In this document: one piece after another, positions 28,003 to 36,253 of the stretch
Layout: every line of letters begins with the position of its first letter
Position numbering within the stretch: the first letter of the stretch is position 1
DNA from: an uncultured bacterium
GTDB taxonomy: Bacteria; Planctomycetota; UBA8108
Length of the DNA: 36,253 nucleotides
Reading direction: 5' to 3'
Assembly: GCA_913042995.1 (NCBI GenBank)
Contig: CAJWMA010000002.1
Location: forward strand, 1-36,253
Notes under the pieces: model-generated
Seen by the model: the letters and a program-made list of their open reading frames with translations, nothing else
Databases searched by the model: none
What the model was told of the DNA's origin: nothing
Program-made: the position numbers and the translations under genes

Positions 28003-29055
28003 ATGGAAGACGCCGGCAGGCCGAAGGACGACGGGTTTCGAGCGCTGGTCTGTGTCGATGGCGCCTCCACGGGCATCGAGCTGCGTTCGCCGCTCGAGCC
28101 CGGCCCGGGAGAGGCTCTCGTCTCCCTCAGAGTCTGTGGCCTCTGCGGTACAGATATTTTCAAGCTGGAGGCGGCCAGCCAGCCGCCCGGAACGGTTCTC
28201 GGTCACGAGGTGGTGGGCATGGTGGAGCGGTGCGGGGCTGGAGTGGAAGGCTTCAGCCCTGGCGACCGGGTCGTGGTGGCGCACCATGTTCCCTGCGGGG
28301 AGTGCGCCTATTGCCTGGCTGGCAGCGAGACGATGTGCGAAGAATTTCGTGAGAATCGGCTCTCGCCGGGAGGGTTCAGTGAAAAAATCATCGTGGCCGA
28401 GGCCGCTGTCCGTTCGGCGATGCGGGCCATTCCCGACTCTCTGAGTGATGACACGGCGGTCTTTCTCGAGCCCGCGGCCTGTGTTTTGAGAGGCATCTGG
28501 CGTTCCGGGATCAAGCCTGGAGGAGCTTCCGTTATTCTCGGCGGCGGCAGCATGGGGCTACTTCACCTGCTGGTGCTGAAGGCGGCGATTCCGGATGCCC
28601 TGGTGGGAGTGGTCGAGCCGCTGGAAGAGCGCAGGGAGCTGGCGCTGTCGCTTGGAGCAGACTTCTCTCGCGCCCCGGAGACCGCCTCCGACGCTGTCGC
28701 CGAGTTGACAGGCGGACTGGGAGCCGACGCCATCTTCGACACAGCCGGCGGTTCCGGCGCTCTCCTGGCGTGCCTGGAGCTTGGCAGGAGGGGCTCAACC
28801 GTTGTACTCTTCGCCCACGCCGGCGCTGGCGAGCAGGCGGGCTTTGAACTGGACCGCCTGTTCAAGGAGGAGCGCCGCCTCGTAGCCTCGTATTCCGGCG
28901 GAGTCAAGGAGCAGGACGCGGCCTGGGAGCTCATGCTCTCGGGCGCACTCGACCCTGCGGCCCTGGTGAGCGCGAGGGTTGGGCTGGAGGATTTCGGCCA
29001 GGCTCTCGAGCTGGTCCGGGATCGAAGGGCTCTGAAGGTACTCATCGAACCCTGA
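28003..29055 (+). CDS. Zinc-dependent medium-chain alcohol dehydrogenase (threonine/sorbitol dehydrogenase-like), copy 1
   Basis: The catalytic zinc ligands are in GLCGTDIFK and GHEVVG. The structural zinc motif is CGECAYCLAGSETMC. The Rossmann motif is ILGGGSMG. ATG 28003 lies 7 nt after GAGG, and TTG 27997 is an alternative start. Confidence 0.85.
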   Translation: MEDAGRPKDDGFRALVCVDGASTGIELRSPLEPGPGEALVSLRVCGLCGTDIFKLEAASQPPGTVLGHEVVGMVERCGAGVEGFSPGDRVVVAHHVPCGECAYCLAGSETMCEEFRENRLSPGGFSEKIIVAEAAVRSAMRAIPDSLSDDTAVFLEPAACVLRGIWRSGIKPGGASVILGGGSMGLLHLLVLKAAIPDALVGVVEPLEERRELALSLGADFSRAPETASDAVAELTGGLGADAIFDTAGGSGALLACLELGRRGSTVVLFAHAGAGEQAGFELDRLFKEERRLVASYSGGVKEQDAAWELMLSGALDPAALVSARVGLEDFGQALELVRDRRALKVLIEP

Positions 29056-29068
29056 AGGGAAGCTTCCA

Positions 29069-30115
29069 ATGGAACAATTGACCGCCTGGCTGACCGGGCC
29101 TGAATCGATCGAGTTTCGCGGAGGTCCCGTGCCTCAGCCGGGGCGGGGAGAGCTGCTCATCTCTGTCGGGGCGGCGGTGACCTGCGGGACGGACGTCAAG
29201 GTCTACAGGCGCGGAGGGCATCCGGAAATGCTGGAGGTTCCCTCGCCGTTCGGCCACGAACTGGCCGGAACCATCGTCTCTCCCGGCGAGGCGGTCGAGG
29301 GCTGGCGGGAGGGTGAGCGGGTCGTTATTTCCAACTCGGCATCCTGCGGTTCCTGTGATTTCTGCGCGCGCGGCAATGAGAACCTTTGCGTCGATCTCGT
29401 CTATCTCAATGGCGCCTTCTCGCGCTACCTTGTCGTTCCTGCCCGCTTCGTCGAGCGGGGCGTCTACCGGCTCCCGGATCACCTGGGCTTTGCCGAGGCG
29501 GCTCTCAGTGAACCCCTTGCCTGTGTCCTGCGGGGAATTGACCAGCTGGCTCCGCTTTCCGCGGAGCGGGGTGTTCTCTATGGGGCTGGCCCCATAGGCC
29601 TGCTGTTCACGGCGGTGCTGGCGGAGCGGGGAGTCGAGGTTGTGGTCGCCGATCCGAATGAATCACGCCTCGAACTGGCCCGGAGCCTGGGCGCCTGCGA
29701 CACCCTGGAGGTTGAGAGGGGCGTCTCCCAGGCGGAGCGGGTTCGAGCCAGGAGCCTGGGAGAGCACGGGTTTGATTTTTCCATCGATGCGACCGGGGTA
29801 CCGGAGGGTTGGCTTGACGCCGTCGGTTCGGCGAGGCCCGGAGGCCGGGTGAGCCTCTTCGGGGGCTGCGCTCCCGGCACACGCCTCGAGCTCGATTCTC
29901 ACCGTGTTCATTACGAGGAGTTGACGGTGATGGGCGCCTACCATCATCGGCCGGCTGATTTCAGCGCCGCTCTCGAGCTGCTGAGTTCAGGCCGGCTTGA
30001 AACGGATCTTCTGCTCTCATCTCAGCGTCCTCTCGAAGAGCTCGAGGACGCTCTGGGTGATATGCTCGCTCGCCGGGCAGTCAAGGTCGTCATTCGGCCT
30101 CACCCGGACAATTGA
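29069..30115 (+). CDS. Zinc-dependent medium-chain alcohol dehydrogenase, copy 2 (tandem paralog)
   Basis: Motifs are CGTDVKVY, GHELAG, the structural zinc motif CGSCDFCARGNENLC, and the Rossmann motif LYGAGPIG. It starts 13 nt after copy 1. Confidence 0.85.
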   Translation: MEQLTAWLTGPESIEFRGGPVPQPGRGELLISVGAAVTCGTDVKVYRRGGHPEMLEVPSPFGHELAGTIVSPGEAVEGWREGERVVISNSASCGSCDFCARGNENLCVDLVYLNGAFSRYLVVPARFVERGVYRLPDHLGFAEAALSEPLACVLRGIDQLAPLSAERGVLYGAGPIGLLFTAVLAERGVEVVVADPNESRLELARSLGACDTLEVERGVSQAERVRARSLGEHGFDFSIDATGVPEGWLDAVGSARPGGRVSLFGGCAPGTRLELDSHRVHYEELTVMGAYHHRPADFSAALELLSSGRLETDLLLSSQRPLEELEDALGDMLARRAVKVVIRPHPDN

Positions 30116-30186
30116 CGCGGCAGGAGAACGTTATTATCGGAAATCCTCCCTTGCCGAGATGCGGGCAAATGGCTATTCTCCGTGTG

Positions 30187-30268
30187 TTCGCTAGGGGTGC
30201 CTCACCGGCGAGGCTGAGAACTGACCCTCGGAACCTGATCCGGATTGTACCGGCGTAGGAAAAGCGGA
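30187..30268 (+). promoter_or_regulatory. TPP (THI-box) riboswitch in the thiC leader
   Basis: The sequence matches the THI element core: CUAGGGGUGC..GCUGAGA..ACCC..GAACCUGAUCCGGAU..UACCGGCGUAGGAA. A closing P1 helix pairs UUCGC (30187..30191) with GCGGA (30264..30268). It lies directly upstream of thiC, the classic context. Confidence 0.88.
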
Positions 30269-30341
30269 TTCTGAAGTGAATTGGAATGAACCTGGAATAT
30301 TCCGTACAGCAGAAGAGCTGAATTAAGTCGACTGTCTCCCG

Positions 30342-32090
30342 GTGGGTCGGCGGCTGAAAAAATTGAAAGGTGGTATTGGAGTGGTAAAGCGAATTCACGT
30401 GAACCCCGAGTGGTCTCTTCCTGAGCTGGGGAGTCATCCGTCGACCCAGCGCGAGGGAACGAGTCCCAGATCTTTCGCGATCAAGCCCGAGATAGGAGGG
30501 AAGCGAACCTTCTCCTCTCCCGATACGCCCGGCATGCCCGAGCCTTCCGGTATCGAGGCTACCGATTGGGAGAATGATAAGGGCCGCACGCCCGTTACCC
30601 AGCTGGAATCCGCGCGCGCGGGAATCATCACCGCGGAGATGAAGAGAGTCGCGGAGCGCGAGACGCATCTTACCGCTGAGCAGATCCGGGCCGAGATAGC
30701 GGCCGGACGAATGATCATTCCCGCCAACCGGGTCCATCTCCAGCACCAGCTCGACCCGATGTGCATCGGGCGGGCTTCGACTACCAAGATCAACGCCAAT
30801 ATGGGCGCCTCACCGGTCAGTTCGGGTACTGAGGAGGAGCTCGAGAAATTGCATTGGGCCGAGCGCTGGGGCGCCGACACCATCATGGACCTCTCAACCG
30901 GCGGCCAGATCGATGTGTGCCGCGAGACCTTTATCAAGAACTCGAGGACACCTATCGGTACGGTGCCGATCTACTCGATGATCATCGACCGAAAGCTCGA
31001 GGACCTGACCTACGATGTGATCCTGGAGAATCTCGAGCACCAGGCGAAGCAGGGGGTGGACTATTTCACTCTTCACGCCGGTGTACTCAAGGAACACCTG
31101 CCGCTGGTGAAGGACAGGCTGATTGGGATCGTGTCGCGCGGCGGGAGCCTGCTGGCCAAGTGGATGCTGATTCACAACAAGCAGAATCCGATGTACGACC
31201 TCTTCGAAGACATCTGCGATATCATGCGGGAGTACGATGTCTCCTTCAGCCTGGGGGATGGGCTGCGCCCCGGCGGCCTCGCCGATGCCAGCGACGCCGC
31301 CCAGCTGGCCGAGCTCGAAACCCTGGGCGAGCTGACCCAGCGGGCGTGGGCCAAGGGAGTGCAGGTCATGATCGAGGGACCCGGCCACGTTCCCTTTGAC
31401 CAGATCGAGTTCAACATGAAGCTCGAGCGGCGGCTGTGTCACGGCGCTCCCTTTTACGTGCTGGGGCCGCTGGTTACGGATATATTCCCCGGCTACGATC
31501 ATATCACCTCCTGCATCGGCGCCACCGCCGCCGCCTACCATGGAGCCTCCATGCTCTGTTATGTGACTCCGAAGGAACACCTCGGCCTGCCGAAGAAGGA
31601 TGATGTCAAGCAGGGCTGCGTAGCCTATAAGATCGCCGCGCATGCCGCCGACATAGCTCTCGGAATTCCCGGATCGCGTGACCAGGATGACGAGCTGACC
31701 AAGGCTCGGGCCGCGCTCAACTGGGAGAAGCACTTCGAGTTGTCTTTCGATCCCGACACGGCCAAGGCCTATCACGATGAAGATCTCGATGTCGATACGG
31801 ACTTCTGCGCCATGTGCGGTCACGACTGGTGTTCTGTCCGTATTTCCAAGGAGATTGTCGAGTTTGCCTCAGGCAAGGCGGATGGTTTTCAGCGCGAGGG
31901 GGGACAGGCTGTTCGTACCAGCTCCCTGAGTGAGGACCAGCAGGACATTCTCAAGAAGCGCGGAGTTCTTTCGCCTGAGGAAATTCATAAGCTGGCCCAT
32001 AAGGGAGAGAAATCGGCCTGCCATTCCGATCTTATCGATGGTGAAGAGGAGGCGAAGGGAGTCCAGGAGGGGCTTCTTGCCCAGCCCTGA
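30342..32090 (+). CDS. thiC: Phosphomethylpyrimidine synthase ThiC (radical SAM)
   Basis: The conserved core runs from [22 protein letters not shown] through the Fe-S motif [14 protein letters not shown]. The start is uncertain. The track start is GTG 30342. GTG 30381 follows an AAAGGTGG SD-like element. ATG 30534 (MPEPSG) would remove a basic, low-complexity N-terminus. About 75 aa follow the cluster motif. Confidence 0.9.
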   Translation: MGRRLKKLKGGIGVVKRIHVNPEWSLPELGSHPSTQREGTSPRSFAIKPEIGGKRTFSSPDTPGMPEPSGIEATDWENDKGRTPVTQLESARAGIITAEMKRVAERETHLTAEQIRAEIAAGRMIIPANRVHLQHQLDPMCIGRASTTKINANMGASPVSSGTEEELEKLHWAERWGADTIMDLSTGGQIDVCRETFIKNSRTPIGTVPIYSMIIDRKLEDLTYDVILENLEHQAKQGVDYFTLHAGVLKEHLPLVKDRLIGIVSRGGSLLAKWMLIHNKQNPMYDLFEDICDIMREYDVSFSLGDGLRPGGLADASDAAQLAELETLGELTQRAWAKGVQVMIEGPGHVPFDQIEFNMKLERRLCHGAPFYVLGPLVTDIFPGYDHITSCIGATAAAYHGASMLCYVTPKEHLGLPKKDDVKQGCVAYKIAAHAADIALGIPGSRDQDDELTKARAALNWEKHFELSFDPDTAKAYHDEDLDVDTDFCAMCGHDWCSVRISKEIVEFASGKADGFQREGGQAVRTSSLSEDQQDILKKRGVLSPEEIHKLAHKGEKSACHSDLIDGEEEAKGVQEGLLAQP

Positions 32091-32199
32091 AGCCGAGGCT
32101 CTGTTTTCGCCCCAGGTTGGCCCGTCGCTCGAGCGAGCTTCATGGGCGCCGTGTACCGGGGCTTCGTAAACCAGGTCTGATCAGGAAGGGGGCTTGAGA

Positions 32200-34665
32200 A
32201 TGAGCCTGCTGGCGGTAATACCGGGCCTTGCGCCGGGGCTGCTCGCCCTCCTTCCCCAGCTTCTTCTGCTGCTTTTTGCCCTGTTCGTGGTGCTGTTGTC
32301 GCCGCGAACCTGGTGGCGGGCACTTGGGTATACCGTACGACGGCCGAAGTGGGCTCTCCTGCTTGTATTGACCGCAGGCGCCGGCTGGTATGCTCCGCAA
32401 GGTCTCGCATTCATCTGGCCCGCGCCTGTGGCGGGAGAGCCCCTGGCAGGACGAGTCGGTGAATTTTCCAATGGTGATTCAACGAGTCATCCGCGCAACC
32501 CGCGCCGGCAGGGTCCGACAAGGGGGGTGAAGGTCGACAGCTATCGACTGCCTGTTCCTGTTGGAGAGGGCGACCTTCTCGCCGACGAACGTATTTTCAG
32601 ATTTTCCTCTAAAACAGGAAACCTCTCCTGTGAGCGTTTTGTAGATGGTGAATCGCCCTGGGAACTCAAGCTGCCGAAGGCTCTCCTGTTTCCACCTCTC
32701 CTGGTTCGCCGGGAGGCCGCGGGAAGTGAGCGGCCGGGCTATCTCCTGGCGCTCTCCGCCTCCGGGTCCCGGACGGAGCTGCGAATTGTCGACGCGAACG
32801 GCGGAGCCCTCCTGGCTGTGGCGCAGCTGGAGGGTCGGGCGACGCGGGAGCCGACAGTCATCGACGAGATGGTGGTCATCGCCTGTCGCGGTTCACTCCA
32901 GGCGTTCAGCCTGCTGGAGTTGCCCCTCGCTGGAAGTCCGCCAGCCTGGAAAGTGCCTTCGCCGGTGGGAGCTGAGGTGGCTCTCGCGGGCGATGAGAAT
33001 GGACATTGTTTCGTCCTCGGAGATTCCCTGGCAGCGGTGAATATCGAGACCGGTGAGGTGGTTGCCTCCGCAGACGCGGAGATCTTCGCCTCTTCCGGAG
33101 AAAAACTCGAGCTGCGTATTCACCAGGGACTGGCCTTTGTTTCTGACGGCTCATCAACGACCGGCGGGAAGATCAGCTGTCTTCAGCTGATCGGTAGCTC
33201 CTTCGAGAAACGCTGGGAAATCGGCGCGCCTGGCCTGGTGCCGGGAGGATTCGTCCTCTGCGCCGGCAAGCTCGCCTACCTGTCGGCCAGGGTGAAAGGC
33301 GGAGGGGAGCTGCGAGTGCTCGATGCGGCGACCGGCCGGGGGCTTTCCCGGATGTCCTATTCCAGCCAGGCGCCTCGCGCTGTCACGGCTGACCTCTCCT
33401 CCTGCTACGTAGTTCTCTCTGACGGGAGACTCTCCCGTTTTTCACATATTCGCGGCAGGGAAGAATGGCGTGTCAGCCTGGGCGCTGTGGGCGCGATCTC
33501 CGGGACGGATTCACGACCTCCGGTCCTGTGGGAGGGGAAAATCCTGGTTGCCCGGGGAAGAGAACTGATCCAGCTCTCTGAAGAAGAAGAGGGGATCGCG
33601 ATCCCCGGCTGGACAGGCATCCGCGGCGGGCCGGGGAGGGGGGGCAACCCTGACCCGCGCCTTGCGCCGTTGAGGGGAGGGCTTCTCTGGAGACGGTCGA
33701 CCGCGGATGTTTCCGGGAAAGAGCCGGGGCCGGTCGTACCCCTTGGAGACTCTATCGCTTTTGTTGAGAGGGAGCCCGGCGGCTCAAGGCTGCGCTGTCT
33801 TGACAGGGATGGTAAACGGGCGGGAGAGCTCGAGCTTGGCGCCTTCGCAGGAGAGATGGTTTCAAGAGGGGAAAGGATATTTCTTCTCTCGGGGGCGCCA
33901 GGAGAGGCTGGAGTGCTGATCGCCGTGGATAAATCTTCCGAGGGTCTGGCCGTGGCCTGGCGGCGACCGGTTCGTGGCGCGCTGGAGGCCGACATCTGCC
34001 TGGATGACGGGGGTTGTGTCATCGCGGGTTCAAGGGCGCTGGTCATGGTCGATATCGAAGATGGTGAGCCAGCCTGGGAGCGGGAGGACCTTGGCGGGGC
34101 GGCGGCGCTCTGTTCTTCAGGCCGCGAGCTGGCGGTGGCGCGCGGCAGGACCCTGCTGCTGGTCGATCCAGAATCCGGCAATACCCTGGGCGCGTTACCG
34201 CAGAGGGAATCAGAGATTCGTTCCATAGCCTACGCCGACAGGAGGCTCTATCTTGAAAGCCAGGGAGTCCTGGAGGCCTTCTCTCGAGACACCGGTGAGC
34301 TACTCTGGAGCAGGCCATGTGCCCCGGGCCCCGGGCCTGGCCTTGTCGCGGGCCCTGACTCTCTTGTCGTGTCCGGGCCGGGAGAGCTGCTCTCGGTTGA
34401 TCCGGACAACGGAGCCGACCGCCGTTCCTTCCCTTCGCAGACGGGATGGAGAGCGCCCCCTGCTCTCGCGCTCGGCATGGCGGTAGCGGTCGATGGAATA
34501 GCTGTGATCGCTTTCGATCCCAGGCTGGGTGATGAGGTCTGGCGGCTGGATCTTGAAGGCCGGGACATTGCCGCGCCCACCGCGCTCGTCAGCATCATCG
34601 GTTCGAGGGTTTATATACGCTCAGCTGACGAGCTCGTCTGTATTGGAGAGGGGGGGGCGCAGTGA
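32200..34665 (+). CDS. Membrane-anchored PQQ-like (BamB-like) beta-propeller repeat protein
   Basis: ATG 32200 lies 8 nt after AGGAAGGGGG (track start TTG 32194). There are two N-terminal hydrophobic helices (LLAVIPGLAPGLLALLPQLLLLLFALFVVLL and WALLLVLTAGAGWYAP). About 700 aa of degenerate blade repeats follow, with recurring G..L...D..TG(E/R).(L/V)W and G..L.A.D...G patterns. The family call is from repeat appearance only. Confidence 0.7.
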   Translation: MSLLAVIPGLAPGLLALLPQLLLLLFALFVVLLSPRTWWRALGYTVRRPKWALLLVLTAGAGWYAPQGLAFIWPAPVAGEPLAGRVGEFSNGDSTSHPRNPRRQGPTRGVKVDSYRLPVPVGEGDLLADERIFRFSSKTGNLSCERFVDGESPWELKLPKALLFPPLLVRREAAGSERPGYLLALSASGSRTELRIVDANGGALLAVAQLEGRATREPTVIDEMVVIACRGSLQAFSLLELPLAGSPPAWKVPSPVGAEVALAGDENGHCFVLGDSLAAVNIETGEVVASADAEIFASSGEKLELRIHQGLAFVSDGSSTTGGKISCLQLIGSSFEKRWEIGAPGLVPGGFVLCAGKLAYLSARVKGGGELRVLDAATGRGLSRMSYSSQAPRAVTADLSSCYVVLSDGRLSRFSHIRGREEWRVSLGAVGAISGTDSRPPVLWEGKILVARGRELIQLSEEEEGIAIPGWTGIRGGPGRGGNPDPRLAPLRGGLLWRRSTADVSGKEPGPVVPLGDSIAFVEREPGGSRLRCLDRDGKRAGELELGAFAGEMVSRGERIFLLSGAPGEAGVLIAVDKSSEGLAVAWRRPVRGALEADICLDDGGCVIAGSRALVMVDIEDGEPAWEREDLGGAAALCSSGRELAVARGRTLLLVDPESGNTLGALPQRESEIRSIAYADRRLYLESQGVLEAFSRDTGELLWSRPCAPGPGPGLVAGPDSLVVSGPGELLSVDPDNGADRRSFPSQTGWRAPPALALGMAVAVDGIAVIAFDPRLGDEVWRLDLEGRDIAAPTALVSIIGSRVYIRSADELVCIGEGGAQ

Positions 34666-36253
34666 ACGAAAAACAAAGCGCTTTTTTCCAGGTCGGGAAG
34701 AGTGAGCTTGGCGATGACCGTAGTGAATGTCTCTCTCAGCGCGAAGAATTTGGCGGCAAGGGAGCTGGACTTCACGCCCTCTGCGCCTGTGGTTACATGG
34801 TTCCGCCTGGATTTACCCTGTCGAGCTCCTTTTGCAGAAACTACTACGATGGCGGCCGGGAGATGCCCGCGGGTTTGCGGGAGGAGCTCCACGACGGGCT
34901 GCAGCGCATTGAGAAGGTCACGGGTCTCCAATTGGGGGAGGGAGCTGGAGAGCTGAGACTGGCTGTGCGTTCAGGCGCTGCCTTGAGTATGCCGGGGATG
35001 ATGGATACGGTTCTCGGGCTGGGTACTCGCGATGCTGTAGAGGAGGCCGTTCTCAGGGTCTTTGACTCCTGGTCCAGTGAGAGGGCGAGGACCTACAGGT
35101 CTGAGCGTGGAATCATCGGTCTCGAGGGTACCGCGGTGACGGTACAGGCCCTGTGCCAGGCCGAGGTTGCGGGAGTTTCTTTTTCGAGAGCCCCGGGGAC
35201 CGGCGGGGAGGATCTCGTCCTGATCGAGGCCGTGGAAGGCCTGGGCGAGGCGCTGGTTTCCGGCGAGGTAACGCCGGACAGCTACCTTGTTGCCAGGGAA
35301 GGGCTTGAGCTGGCGAGAGAGCGCAGCCGGGGTGATCGTCTTCTGGGCCTGGAGGCCATCAGGGAGCTTGCTGGTCTCACGCTGCGTCTCGAGAAGGAAT
35401 TCGGCTTCACCGTAGATGTCGAGTGGGCCTGGGCGGAGGGGGAGCTCTGGCTGCTGCAGGTCCGAGAGGCTGGCGCCGCTGCGGGCGGGGTTGATGATCT
35501 GCTTGCCGAGGAGCTGTCGCGCGCCGGGATCCTGCCTGGCGGTGAGGGATTCCTCGTGCGGCACAACCTCGATGAGACGCTCTCCTATCCAACTCCAATG
35601 ACCTGGGATATCCAGTCTGAGTTCATGAGCGGGCGGGGAGGATTCGGGGCGCTCTACCGGGAGCTGGGCTACCAGCCCTCGGAGCGGGTTGATTCCGATG
35701 GTTTTCTCGAGCTTGTCGGCGGCCGGGTCTACGCTGATCCGCAACGCTGCGCCGAGCTTTTTTATTCAGAAGGCATTCTTTCCTATGATCGCATCGAGCT
35801 CAGCTCACGGCCCTCGGCTATCGAGGAACCTCCTCGTCTCTGGAAGACGCGGGACGCCGGTCCGCCTGCCCTGCTCAGGACGCTTGGGCAGCTGTGGGGC
35901 TCAGCGAAAACCGTTACCCGCGGCCGGCAGGATGTCCTCGGCAGCTTCCTTCGGGATACGCTGCCTCTTTACGAGGCCTGGGTTGCAGAAAAAATCGGCG
36001 TTGAGCTCAGCGAGTTGAGCGAGACGGAGCTCTTTGAGGAGCTGAAGAGTCGTATTGACCGGGTCATGGGAGGTTTCGCCCCGGCGGCGCTGAAGCTTTC
36101 CTTTTATGCAGGGGCGGCTCTCGAGGAGCTGCGTGATCTTCTCGAGAGATGCCTTGGCTTTCAGCGCGGCGCGGTCGCCGTGCGGGAGCTCCTCAGCTCG
36201 CTGAGCGGCGAGCTCGCGGTAGAGCAGGCTGAAGGTCTGCTTGCCGCGGCTCG
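34662..36253 (+). CDS. PEP/pyruvate-binding (PPDK_N ATP-grasp) domain protein, PEP synthase / rifampicin-phosphotransferase-like architecture; 3' end lies beyond the right edge
   Basis: Absent from the ORF track because it has no stop in the window. GTG 34662 overlaps the propeller stop (GTGA). The frame is open to the window end, about 530 codons, in my hand translation. It reads MNEKQSAFFQVG..FGGKGAGLHAL...GYMVPPGFTLS..LAVRSGAALSMPGMMDTVLG..VTVQAL..AGVSFS..LIEAVEGLGEALVSG..VDVEWAWAEGELWLLQVRE. That is the PPDK_N ATP-grasp pattern. The next stretch, NLDETLSYPTPMTWD, resembles the start of the central domain of PpsA-like/RPH-like enzymes. Confidence 0.75.
   Translation, partial: MNEKQSAFFQVGKSELGDDRSECLSQREEFGGKGAGLHALCACGYMVPPGFTLSSSFCRNYYDGGREMPAGLREELHDGLQRIEKVTGLQLGEGAGELRLAVRSGAALSMPGMMDTVLGLGTRDAVEEAVLRVFDSWSSERARTYRSERGIIGLEGTAVTVQALCQAEVAGVSFSRAPGTGGEDLVLIEAVEGLGEALVSGEVTPDSYLVAREGLELARERSRGDRLLGLEAIRELAGLTLRLEKEFGFTVDVEWAWAEGELWLLQVREAGAAAGGVDDLLAEELSRAGILPGGEGFLVRHNLDETLSYPTPMTWDIQSEFMSGRGGFGALYRELGYQPSERVDSDGFLELVGGRVYADPQRCAELFYSEGILSYDRIELSSRPSAIEEPPRLWKTRDAGPPALLRTLGQLWGSAKTVTRGRQDVLGSFLRDTLPLYEAWVAEKIGVELSELSETELFEELKSRIDRVMGGFAPAALKLSFYAGAALEELRDLLERCLGFQRGAVAVRELLSSLSGELAVEQAEGLLAAA

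Noticed and set aside
30894-31823. A 309-aa minus-strand ORF.
   Set aside because: It is antisense to the conserved ThiC core.
32071-32109. The GGCTTC/GAAGCC hairpin at the end of thiC, followed by TGTTTTC.
   Set aside because: The stem is 6 bp with a 12-nt loop. It overlaps the stop codon, and the short U-run begins about 9 nt after the stem. This is too weak to call.
34971-35744. A 257-aa minus-strand ORF, the only sizeable track entry near the right edge.
   Set aside because: It is antisense to the untracked plus-strand PPDK_N-like frame, which has clear ATP-grasp motifs and is open to the window end.

Overview
This is a GC-rich, densely packed bacterial chromosomal window with strong GC3 bias. 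I support 29 protein-coding genes and one TPP riboswitch. I recognised no rRNA, tRNA, CRISPR array, transposase or integrase.

Two real genes run off the window edges and are missing from the ORF track:
- An LTD-domain secreted protein on the minus strand at 1..1257.
- A PEP/pyruvate-binding (PPDK_N / rifampicin-phosphotransferase-like) gene on the plus strand at 34662..36253.

The gene content suggests a PVC-superphylum organism (Verrucomicrobiota/Planctomycetota-like). It includes a Cys-type sulfatase, xylose-isomerase-like TIM barrels, a Gfo/Idh/MocA oxidoreductase, lamin-tail-domain exoproteins, a dockerin-like tail and a PQQ-like propeller. This taxonomic call is inference only.

The most system-like structure is a divergent neighbourhood at 3778..11316:
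- One arm carries a secreted ExeM/NucH-type nuclease with two LTDs, followed by thymidine kinase.
- The other arm is a tightly packed operon of a 2OG-Fe(II) oxygenase, a SAMHD1-like HD phosphohydrolase and a NupC nucleoside transporter.
- I read this as an extracellular-DNA scavenging and deoxynucleoside-processing module. The oxygenase step is not part of any bacterial pathway I know.

Other notable points:
- A membrane-anchored PQQ-like propeller is start/stop-overlapped (GTGA) with the PEP-binding gene. A G8 tract sits at the junction.
- A fused E1 alpha/beta 2-oxoacid dehydrogenase has no E2 or E3 nearby and is ATGA-coupled to a small acidic protein.
- A FadN-type beta-oxidation pair is followed by two tandem Zn-ADH paralogs instead of an acyl-CoA dehydrogenase.
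- An IMPase-GT2-cupin trio is closely packed, and the first two genes overlap.

Many long ORFs in the track are antisense shadows typical of high-GC DNA, and I rejected them. All family calls come from motif recognition by eye. No database search was run.
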